Positions 40,775 through 53,000 of a stretch of 64,000 nucleotides of DNA are shown here, piece by piece. The notes under the pieces were generated by a model. The model made no database searches and was not told the DNA's origin. It worked only from the letters and a program-made list of their open reading frames with translations. The stretch is from Antedon mediterranea (lineage: Eukaryota; Animalia; Echinodermata): positions 9,570,101-9,634,100 of the forward strand of contig NC_092677.1 in assembly GCF_964355755.1 (NCBI RefSeq), in the 5' to 3' direction. Each line of letters opens with the position of its first letter. Position 1 is the stretch's first letter. The position numbers and the translations under genes were made by a program.

Positions 40775-43700
40775 TATTTCATTATTTCAAAGATGAAAGC
40801 TTTCAGTTAACTGAAAACCTACGGAAATAAACATATAAAACAATGAGTCAATAATTCGTGATGTTTTTGGGTAATATAAAAAAGAATGAATCACAAAATA
40901 GCAACAAATATTCAGCACTTCTTGTTGGAATTGTTCTGGATCGCCATTTTATGACTCAAACACGAACGAGAACTTTCGTTGAGGGCGCGGCGACCGGCTT
41001 GCGATTTTTTCCGTACGACAGTTCCTCCATCCCATCGGTTCGTTTCGGATTAAATCGACTCTTCGGTAAGCCACTTTCACAAATGCTTACTGATGCGTGA
41101 CAACCACACTCGGACTCGGACAAACCATGGAGGTATAAATTTATTTTATACCTCCATGGACAAACCGTGAGCAGAGTGATAGATTTAAATACATAAAACT
41201 GTCACAATATTAAATAGTAGTACTGAGCCTCATAGTTCTAGTTACGTTAATATTACATTATTATTGTAATAATAATAGGCCTAGAATTTGAAGATATTTT
41301 AATAATACTGATTTTGAATTTAATAAAATGAAAATTTTTTTTTTAAATCATTGATTTCAGAAACCATTGGTATTGTTGACATTTTGAAAAATCAAGAATA
41401 TGCAATACAGAAAACCGATCTTGTCGATAAGATGATAGTATCATATAAGCTTCCTGGAAAATCTTTTAGTATTATTAAATGTATTTGTAGTCGTGTCAGT
41501 AATTGAATGTTTTTACTTTGTATGTATTTTTTATGATTTTCCAAAAAAAAACAAACATATACACGTACATAATAGACAATAATACTAGTTGTAGGCCTAT
41601 AATTTAATACTTAAATACATTGATAATACATAAATAATAGGGTACTGCAGACTAAGCACATACGTAATTTGATATATTTAAAATTCTTGTTCATTGCTGT
41701 TTTCATTGTCTCTATTGTTAATCTCTTTGTAGTACACTATATATTTATTATTTGTTGATCTATACATGGCCTCCATGATCTATAAGAAAATAAAGTCCAA
41801 ATAAAATATTGGTGCGTTTCGCATTGTTTTTTTTTTTCCAATGTAGAAAAGTACTTTTAATTGAAAGAAATGTTTACTCGTACAAGAAATTGGATTCAAA
41901 TAAAAAGATGTTAGTACTGTACCAGTTATTTTAATATAGTATTTTTAGGATATTTAATTGACTTAATTTATTTTATTGATATTCATAATTTGATTTAATA
42001 ATTTGTTATACTGTAATAATAATCGGATTTAGGCTATATTATTTTGTATGTATTTTTTTATTCAAAGTAATATTAGATTTCCATTCTAAGTGGACCAATC
42101 AATTTCTTGAATCTAGACTTCAATAATATAAGTTTTTAATTTTAAAGATATAGGCCTATTGTCCCACTGAAAAAACAATTTTTGTAAACATTTTATTGTT
42201 GAATATGTTTAATAGTTATTATTCAAAACATATTACAATACAATATCTTGCATGAATCGGACATTTCGATACCAATGTAGCAACATTGATTAACAAAATC
42301 AAAATTTAACAGTGTGTCGTGTTGACCGCGAATGACTAACACTACCGTCTTTCCCAATATACACCTGCATAAATTGCATAACAACGCATGGCATACAAAC
42401 CGTTTCGTACGTACACATGCGATTAAAATAATAAATTCAATTTCTTTTAAAATTGAGGGCGGCAAACATAAAATTTACGAGATCGAATAATACAGGTTGA
42501 AAAAAAAATGTAATAAAAAAAAATGTGCTCTCCCTGCCTCAGCACTAAGGCCCTGCCACAGCCTTTTGGGGTCGTTTCCAGCACATCACCAGATGCATTG
42601 ATGTTGTCCCCTCATGATGTGTGGGGTGGAAAGGGGGACGTATAATTCTGTGAACCCCAAACACAGTGGTCGCATACCTTTAACTCTATTCCACCGACCA
42701 ACGTGGGAATCGAACCCACGACATACGTGTTGTCAACACGCTCAGGCGTCGAACCTCTACGGATATTTTTTTTTTTTTTTTTGGAATTGAAAATAAATAT
42801 TGGTTTTCTTTGATTTTGAAAGAGAGATATTTTGAGGGTTGTAACTGCTGTAAGGCCTAAACAAGTGGACCATTTTAAAAATCAGAAACAAAGTTGCATG
42901 GCATTATTATTCATTAAACCGACTGTCATAAAACCTCGAAAAGAAGCCCATGTGCTTCTTCATTTTAGTACTCTTGGGTGGGCTTCTTTTCCACATGGAT
43001 TTCTTTTCGAGATTACGTTTGCAAACTAAGAGAAGAGCTGCTAGGTTCCCGCCCGGAAAATGTTTTACAGTATTTACGTGATTCTAATGTAAAGATTAAC
43101 AACGTCAAAATTTAACAGTGTGGCGTTTTGACCGCGAATGACTAAACCTACCATCTTCCCAATAATACACCTGCACAAACTCATTTGCATAACAACGCAC
43201 GGCATACCAAACCGGTTTAAAATAGAGCTGCAAGGTAACCGGAAATGACATCTATTATTTTTTTCAAACAACGAATAAGAATCTTTTCAGTAGGCTTTCC
43301 CCACCAATTTTGAAAAATAGAGCTGCATAGGTTCCCATCCGAAATAAATGGCACTTTACATGATTTGAAATTATATGAAACAAACTACAGTATATAAGAC
43401 TCGCAACAGGAAAATAGAGCTTGTCCCCTGAAAGTGCACCTATTCATTGGAATATATGAAATTAAATATTAGGTCGCCAGTACTAGCCAACCGTTGGGCA
43501 GAGCCAATAATGAAAATAGAGCCCAGAATTGCACTTATACTTATTACTATATACATAATCACCTATGATAATTATGATAATGTTAAAATTTCAACTATCC
43601 AGATGCGACTTCAAAATGTTATGTGGGGTTTTCTACTTTAAAACTTGACTTCGTATGCCTAAGGCCTAGCCCGGCGGCGAAATTAGTCTAAGCTTTGAAG

Positions 43701-44368
43701 GTCTAGAAATCGGCATATTTGCAAATGTTCTATATTTTATCTTATTTCACTCTCAAACTATAATCTGTTTAAAACATGTTTATTCTGGGACGGTGCGGCC
43801 ATACACACCAACTACCGTATTCATAACATATTACAAAACAATATCTTGCATGAATCGGACATTTCGCTACCAATTCAATGTAGATTAACAGTGTGGCGTG
43901 TTGACCGCGAATGAATAACAATAGCATCTTTTCCACTCTACACCTGAACAACCATTGTATAACAACGTACGGCACATACCAAACCGTTTCGTACACCTGC
44001 GATGAAAATAATAAATTCAATTTCTTTTAAAATTGAGGGCGGCAAACATAAAATTTACGAGATCGAATACAGGTTGGGAAAAAAAATTAATAAACAAGAA
44101 TATTTCTTACAAAAAACGCTGCTCGCTTATTGTTATTGCTAAGGTCAAGTCTGGGGGTCACTTCATCACGCCTAGATACTTCAAGTATCCTATTACAAAC
44201 AAAAACTTCAATGGACTGTTTTGATAATAATTCAATGATTATCTGACAGCGAATTATATCATGGGACTCATAAATACCAGAATGCTTTGGGATTTGTCGT
44301 TAGACTCTTTTCTCAGCCGTTTTTGGATTCAACAGGTGGTACCAATAAATTATATTGGAGTTTCCATT

Positions 44369-44564
44369 TTAACAAAAATGTCAAAGTGTAGTACTATAAA
44401 GCTGCTTGATTTCATCTAATGAATGAGTCATCTCGTGTGACGTAGCGGGCTAGAGCAGCAGCGTGATAACAAAAATGTCAAAGTGTAGTACTATAAAGCT
44501 GCTTGATTTCATCTAATGAATGAGTCATCTCGTGTGACGTAGCGGGCTAGAGCAGCAGCGTGAA
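44369..44564. repeat. Tandem direct duplication of about 97 bp
   Basis: TAACAAAAATGTCAAAGTGTAGTAC...GAGCAGCAGCGTGA occurs twice back to back. Confidence 0.9.
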
Positions 44565-44725
44565 AAAAAGATGTTAAATGTGCTCTCCCTGCCTCAGCAC
44601 TAAGGCCCTGCCACAGCCTTTTGGGGTCGTTTCCAGCACATCACCAGATGCATTGATGTTGATGCCTCATGATGTGTGGTGGAAAGGGGGACGTCAGTGG
44701 TCGCATACCTTTAACTCTATTCCAC

Positions 44726-44798
44726 CGGCCAGCGTGGGAACCGAACCCACGACATACGTGTTGTCAACACGACGCTCAGGCGACTGAGCTAACTGGTC
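44726..44798 (-). pseudogene. tRNA-like sequence (tRNA-Ile-type body, GAC anticodon); probable SINE head or tRNA pseudogene
   Basis: GACCAGTTAGCTCAGTCGCCTGAGCGTCGTGTTGACAACACGTATGTCGTGGGTTCGGTTCCCACGCTGGCC folds into a near cloverleaf but lacks the D-loop GG. A partial second copy lies at 42694-42748. Confidence 0.65.
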
Positions 44799-47051
44799 AT
44801 TTTGGTTTAAACAAGGTTAATAGGATATTTATGACGTAATGATGAATTACGTAATACACGTATAAATAGACTATTATCAACTATTCAGTCATGTACTTTG
44901 TGGCCTAGCGGGTAATGCTCAAGTTTGAGTGCTCTCAACTCTATATTAGATTGGGTTCGAACCTCTACAGATATTTTTTTTTTTTTTTTTTGGAATTGAA
45001 AATAAATATTGGTTTTCTTAAAAGAAAGATATTTTGAGGGTTGTAAATCGCAGTTTTTATACGTTGTCACGCATCGGTGAGCTGGCTTACCGAAGAGAGT
45101 CGATTGAGGCCGAAACGAACCGATTATGGAGGAACTATCGTATGGAAAAAATCGCGACCGGCTTACTTACGCCCTCAACTTTACCTATACTAGGCCTATA
45201 AAAATTATCTCGTTTCAAAATCTAGCTCTCCGCCGCCGCCGCCGAGATTTAATCAATTAGCAATTAGCATAATTTGGTTGCCCTGGCGCTACGAAGCCTA
45301 GACTTGAAAACAAGGGCACGTATGAAGAAGTATGCCATGGTGTTTGTAGGTTCTAGACAAGAGGTAGTATTGATTTGATTTCTATTGTTTTGTTTCCGAA
45401 TCTTTTGAATTATTGATTGTAGTTAGGCTACATCGGGTTACATGTAGTTTTTGACCATCAACAAATGAGCATATTGTAGTGAAGAAGACGAAGAATGAAG
45501 GACTGTTTTGTGAATGTTGTTGATTGATGCTGCTGTTGGGAGGACGTACTGGGTCGAAATGAAATCTTTTCGGTGTGATGATGTTTTGTGTTGTTACTGT
45601 AGTAGTTACGTACACTCTAGGCTTAGCTAGTTGCAGTTCATATTGTTAGTTACTGATTTATTATTATTATTATTTAAGCCATAGCCATTTGATTAAATTT
45701 AATAATGAGGGCAAATTAAATGTTAATTTTAATTTTATTCAAAACCATCAATCAATCATTTTCATATCATTTTCTTGCAGAAGCCTATGTTTTTATAATT
45801 ATTTATTTAGGATGTTTCATCATTTTATGATTGAAAGTAAATAATAGATTTTCTAGTATTGGATACATTTTTTTCAATGATGTATGGGTAAGTTTTCATA
45901 ATCAATGCATATGCAACATTTTTTCATCTCATGGTTTACATCTGTAACAGTTTACTAATAATAATGTGATTACAGTTGACTCTCCTGTACCCAGTGGTCC
46001 TAAAGTTCCAACTCCCAAAACTTGATTTCACTATTAAAAACATTAATTCGGATTACCAGAGAATTTTTTGATAGACCAGTGGTGCCCAGTATTAGGAGAG
46101 TTGATTGTAATATAATTATATTAAATATTTTATTACTTCATAGATTTTGTAGCTAACTAGAAAATATTACGTTATATCAAAAGGCTAAAATCTTTTCCAC
46201 CCTTAACAAAAATAAAAAGTTTGATTTAATTTAAATGTAAAATGAATCATTAAAAGGCCATGCACTACTCTTCACATTATGATATTATTTTTCTTCTCTC
46301 GTGGGCTTATTCCTGAGCCAGTATGATTATTTGAAATGCTTAAGTTCTTTTTATTTCTTTTAATGCATGTGCTTTAGTGTACAAACTTCTGTTTCAGTGA
46401 TTTTAAACATTCATTCGTCATTTTATCAAATTCATTTCAACTTGTAAAACTCATTTCAACTTGTAAAACTCATTTAAGTTTACTGTACTGTATTAACATT
46501 GTTGCTTATTTCATCTATCCAGCAATTCTTGATTTCAGTAATTGTCTCATTTCTTTATTCTATAGTGTAGTTTAATTCTTTGTTTAGAATACTTTTTCTA
46601 GCATTGTTTCTTTAATGAAAATAATTACTATATAATAATTATTAGTTATTATAATGGGTTAGTGGAGAACTAGTGTATAAAGTAGAATCACCAATAAGGG
46701 GCAACATTTGGGATGTCCTCTATATTGCCAAATGTCCATTTCGCAGGAAAATGTCATCTTACTAGGAGTATCTCAGAGGAGGGATTCTACTGTAATTGGG
46801 TGCATGCATTGTGTTATACTGTTTATTGTTTGTTTCTCAGAAATACTGTGTTATCAGGTTCTTTTAAATTTGCATTGCATTATATTTATACCTATTTCTA
46901 ACATTAGTGAAGGCTCAAATTTTAATTCTTAGACCGTGTCTAATATTATTAAGAATGAATTACCCAATTTTAAAAAGTGCATTATTAATTGTTATATGAT
47001 TTATCATCACCAATATTAAAAATCTAATCCATTTTCAAAATTTGTTTTTAG

Positions 47052-50000
47052 TAATCGAGGAAATATTCAAGAAAAAGATGAGTATGCAAAAGAGCGTGCC
47101 ATCATGAACGATGTCGATGACAATGGATGGAGTCACATCCATCATGCTGCCATGCATGGCTTCATCAAATCTATTGAAAGATTTGTGGCAGCAAGTGAAG
47201 ACCAATTGGAGTTCCCGACCAACTGCAGTCGTCAATTGACACCAATTCTTGTGGCTGTTGATAGTGGAAAGCTTGAAACCGTCGAGTGCTTAGTGCGTCT
47301 GGGATCCGATCTTAGGTATTCCAACCAGCATAATACTGGTGTTGTTGAACTGGCTTGTATGAAGTCTTACATGGACATCTTAGAATACTTTATTGCTCTG
47401 AACCACAAGGATCTTCCTGTATGGACAAGACTAATGAAATTCCTCTTGTCAGACAATGACACAGAAGCAATAGCAGCCACTAACGTTCTTACGAAACTGA
47501 CCAATCCAGATGATTCTGGAAAGATACTTCATGCAGACGCCATTGTCAACAAAGATGGTGTTCTTAGTCTAGTAAAGGTGATTAAGTCGATGATCAGCGA
47601 TAAAGCTAAAGTAGGTGCTTATCAGGTTCTTTTAAATTTATTGTCAATGCAGATTGTCAAAGATCAGTTCGTCAAAACTGGTGGCATTCCAATATCTCTT
47701 GACATCTTGAAAGGAAAAAAGGATGCTAGTAAAGAATTAATGTTAATCACAGCAGTTCTCTTGTGCAGACTTTCAGTGGAGAAGGAATTTGTTGATTTGT
47801 TCGAAAGAAATGGCGCATTTGAAATCTTGATAAAACTCTGTCAAACCAGTAATGACTCTGAGATCCTTGTTCAGGTGATTGATATGTTAGGACTCTTTGC
47901 ATCAAGTGATGAAAAGCACAAGAAGTCAATTGGAGGAAGTCCTGGATGTTTTCCAGCTCTTGTGGCGTTGTTTGACTCTGACACATCAAAGGTTCTTCTT
48001 TTATCATTGGCCAAAGCTGTTAGTTCAATTGTTAGAGAAAATAAATCCAATCAAGATGCCTTTGTCAATGATGGTGGTTCTTCTGTGTTGATATCAATGG
48101 CAAGTATGAGAAACAGAGAACTTCAACTTAATGCCATCTATACTTTGCATATGGTCGCAAAAGACAATCCTAATACACAGAAAGCCATCTTAGAAGAAGG
48201 TGGTGTGATGCCGTTGATGCAGCTTTTAAAGCGCAGCCGTGCACCTAAAGTACATATGGTGACTGCAGGAGCTCTCTGGGCTCTGGCAGGTGAGGACATA
48301 GAAGAGCAGAGGACAATGGCAGGAATGGTTGGTGTCCAGCTCTTGATAGAATTCCTCAATGCTCTTGCTGAAAATGATGTTCTTCATTACATTGGTGCAG
48401 AAGGTTTAGCTGTTCTTGCACAAGGACCGCACAACAAGCAGAACGTAATCGCTCAAGCAAATGGAGTGCAGCCTCTAGTGCGACTGTTACGATCTCCAAA
48501 AGAACACATTGTCTTAAGTGCCATCCGTGCCTTGAGGTACCTGTGCATAGGAATTGGTTTCATTCCTCATATTAAAAACCAGAATACGATATTAAGCGCA
48601 CGTGGTATCAAATACTTGGTGGCGCTGATGGTTCACTCTCGTAATGAGTTAGTCCAAGTGGAAGCTGCCCTTACTCTTGGATCTTGTTCTGTCGGTAGGT
48701 TATAGTTTTTTTTTGTTTAAATACGCAATTAAAATTTGTACTGTAGAGTAGTGGGAAATTTAAGTATACACAATTTACTTGACATATAATAATTAGGAAT
48801 TTAGGATGCAAACCTAGATTTGTATCCATGGAAACAAAAAGCGGCTGTAGACTATAGTGATGTGTATCTATGGAAACTGAGATACTACAGTACTTGCCAT
48901 AGTGTTACAATTGTACGGTTAATTAAATGATTTTCTCCGCGACCGATTTAATGAAAAGTAGAACATTTACGCAGGTGCTCGTTTTCAATGCGACCTGTAA
49001 TTTTCTCCAATAACACACTTTTCAGGATATTAAAAATTGAAATTTTGAAAAGCCATACTACAGTAGTATTATATTTATTAATGATATGAAGTAATACAAC
49101 ATTTATAAAACCTTTTTTCGGTGGTAAAATGAAAGAATTTAAAATTCTTAAATGTAATTTTTATAACTATCCACTTCATGATAAGATACTTCTGAGAACT
49201 CGAAACCTCCTACAATCCCAAGTGACTTGTAAACACAGTGTGAAATACTTGTTGCTATGGCGACATAAACTAAAAGGAAAGACTATAGTGTTGTTTGTAT
49301 TGTGATTCAAATGCTGAGTTTATTATGTTCAACGGTGGCTCAGGCAGATCATGGTCAACTAAACTTTGTAAAAGATAATCCTTTAATTATTCTAGGCTTT
49401 TTAAATATCACCTATCCCAACAAATTACAACAAAAAAAACAAAAGATTTCACCACCTCTTGTGTACTACGATAATTGAAAAACAGCCACCAGTCATAGCA
49501 CTTGTTCATATAATAAAATACAATTAGACAGCGGCCTTCATCATGATAATATGGATAGACTTCACTGTATCTATCTACTGTAACTCATTAGATATATTAT
49601 TAGTCAAGTAAATTCCTTTAGTAATTAATGATACTATGCAAAAGAAGTATGTGTAGAACAAACTATGAATAATAATGTTTTCTGATTACAATATATTTGA
49701 TTGGAATGTTTAGTGTTTATGTTTAATAATAGCAGAGTAATTACACATCTTGAATTGAAGCACAATTCTCTGTCTATTTACTTCATTTATTTAGGTTGTC
49801 TCTATAGTCATATCCTACTGATTATACATTTTTAGTTCCAAATATTACATCATTCTCTTTCAAGAAAATATTAAACAATTTTTCGGGATTTATTTTGCAA
49901 TCAGAGCACTATTAGTACCAAGTGCTTGTTGTTCATGATTGATATTAATTTGTTACAAATTGTTATCAATTTGTTGACAGTTGTTATCATGACAAATATC

Positions 50001-53000
50001 CGTATCAATTTCTGTTGAGTTGACAATGCCATTCATGTTATCAATTTGTTCAAACTCTAACTGCTGCTGAGTGATAAGGTTAACACATTTTTCTGTAGTT
50101 AGGTAAAGTTACCAAATATAAGGTTCAGCAGTTTATCAGTTGGGGACATGCCATGGTTGTCAGTGTTTGTGGTAAAACCCCCTTAAGTATTTCTACCAAT
50201 TCCCAACTTTTTAACAACAATATTGATAATTGTAGTACACTTTACTTAAACAACCTATTAAATTAAACACCCTGTTAAATTAAACAACCTGTTAAATTAA
50301 ACAACCTATTAAATTAAACAACCTATTAAATTAAACAACCTATTAAATTAAACACCCTGTTTAGTTAAATTAAACAACCTATTAAATTAAACACCTTGGT
50401 AAATTAAGCAACCTAAATTAGCAACCTTGAAACATGAGATAATATAATTTCTCCATGGTTCGGATTAAAGCAACCTTTTAATAAAGCAGCAATTAATAGC
50501 AACCCGCATATTGTCTCCACTTCTCCTACTGAATATGCTCACAGAGTCCTTTAAAACCTTCATATTCTTTTTTAAATAAAAATGATTGAAAATAAATTAC
50601 TTATGTAAATGAATTGTGTCTTAATAGGCAATCCAGAAGTGATGAACGACATTGGTGACAACATAGAGTTTGACTATATTCACATCCTGCGACTACAGTA
50701 CAGCAAGGAGGAGATAGTCAGACTGTTGGCTGGGTCCGCATTGGCCGCCTTTGCATTCAACAACATTACTCAGCAGCGGGAGATTGCGGAATCGGGAGGG
50801 GTACGATATCATTGCTTTGTCCCATACCTCGAATCGGATGACGAGTTCTACAGATGTAACGCAGCTTTTCAGGTATTTTGCGTTTGGAAAATATTTAAAA
50901 CTGTTGCCTAAGCGCTATATAAGATCGACGTATTATAATTATATACCTATACAAGTATTGTTTAAGATAATATTGTGTTTACCACTTGCAGTGGCGTAAC
51001 GCAAAGGCCTGAGGCCCCTGGTTTAGGAACCCTAAGTAGCCCTCCAACGCTGGAGGCCTTTGGCATTTTAAGACATATTTTAATGCATGTTTTTACCGTT
51101 GAGCATTACTCCTGGGGCCCCTGGGTTTAGCCAACAAGTGCTCATAACTGTTACACTGAATACTTGTAGTTAAACCTCTGGAATAGCTCTCTCTTTGTGT
51201 GCGTGTTTTTATCCTGGTATAAGTGATAAGTAACAAATTGTGTTTGTATTTTTTCACAATTTAATCCCCTCCCCCATCCCCAATGAAAAACTAGAAACTA
51301 TCTCAAAACCAGAATTTTTAGAAGAATCTAGAGGACTAATTATAATCATTTTCTGTTCCTTTTATTGATCGTTTTTTTATTTTGTTAGGTTGTAGTTCTT
51401 GCGAGGATAATACCAGATGAGGATCAAGCGACATCATCAGCAATTGGCATTAAGCTCCTAGTGGATATGCTGGAACAATCAAAGAACGACCAAATCCTGG
51501 CCATCACTTGTGATTGCATTGCAAGATTATCACATACTAGAGCTGGTATGTTTCACCCAGGTCTATAGACTATAATAAATTGGTAGGGCCTATTGATGAT
51601 CAGTATGCACGCATGGAGGTCCTGCTGAGAGTGTATGGTAATCTGTTATTTAAAAGTGGACACACATCAGATACTGAAAATGAAATCTATAAATAAAGAA
51701 TATCCTGGAATTAAAATACCGAAATGTTTGTTCATTCAAATTTTTGTATTCTTCACTTTGTTAGGGGTACCTGCTGCGATTGTTAGCATTGAGTCCATTG
51801 ACAAACTGTGTGGGCTTCTTTGTGCTGATAATGAGCAAGTTAGGGGGTCAGCAGCCGTTGCTCTTGGTTACTTAAGCTACAATCATATGGCTGAACGCCA
51901 ACTTTTAAACAAGTAAGTTATGTGACCCTTGTTCTTTTTCAATTTCATAGAATAAGTATTTTCACTCCTTGTACCGACTTCAAACACTGTTTTTGTTTTA
52001 ATAGATGCCGACTTGATCCGTACCTGTTCAAAGTGATAAGATATTACACACATGCATATAAATTATCCCCTGCATTCATTGAAGCATGGCAACATTATAA
52101 ACACATAGGACTTCCACCAATTGAGTAAGTACTCCTTCACAATATAAAAGTCAATGTTCATTCCCTAATCTATTGCTATGCAAGACCAGTGCCATATTGG
52201 TTAAACCCAGGGGGCCCCCGGAGCTTACAAGGACATCTGAGCAGGACCCAGAGGAAACAAAAGGCTTTAAAATATCATGTTGAAAAAGGCTGAAAATATC
52301 CAAGGCCTCAAGCGACTTAGGATTCCTGGGCCAGGAGTTTCAGACCTCTGCGTTACACCACTGTGTAAGACACCTTGGTCACATACAGGCAAAACGATAA
52401 TGTTATTTGGAAATGGAGTTGGTAGAGGAAAATGATGATTTTATCTAGTATCATTCTGTGCACATATTTCAATGCGCAAGCTACACATTCCACGATTCAC
52501 CTGACTGTCCTAGTGATGAGTTTAAAGCTAGTTTTTTTTAAACAAATTGTCAATATGATCATTTTACAAGAATAGTTGCAAATAACTTTCATTTGAATGG
52601 AAAGGTGCTGATCTTTTTAAGAAACTAAAGCTTCAAGTAATTTAAAATGTTTTCAAAAGTAACTTTAAGGCATTACTGTAGTTTAAGTTTTATTGTGTTA
52701 CTGTTATTTTTATATTTTAGTTTAAAAAGTACTATTGTACCCAGGGCCCCAAGGAAGACCAGTCTTTTTACTGATTGGGCCTCCCTGGTTAAATATTGTG
52801 AATAAATAAATGAATATTTTATAATTTTTAATTACAGCACAAGTGACCGGCCAAGCCTTGTGTCCAAGAAATCAACCACATATCTTACCAATGGAAAAAA
52901 TACAGGTATTTTATATGAAATATTGTATACCTTTGTTATTCTATCTTGCATCTATTTATTAATTACCAGTCAAGATGATGCAGTAAATCTCTCCTCTCTC

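Larger units (their letters stand above)
40978..45179. mobile_element. About 4.2 kb region bounded by ~120-bp imperfect inverted repeats (putative decayed or composite transposon)
   Basis: 40978-41104 (GTTGAGGGCG...CATCGGTTCGTTTCGG...GATGCGTGACAAC) is the reverse complement of 45063-45179. Internal duplicated blocks at 42230-42845, 43090-43215 and 43820-45045. No TSD recognised. Confidence 0.6.

Noticed and set aside
44726-44798. Functional tRNA-Val(GAC) gene
   Set aside because: It lacks the D-loop GG, has an altered T-loop and an acceptor mismatch, has no nearby T terminator, and is embedded in a duplicated repeat.
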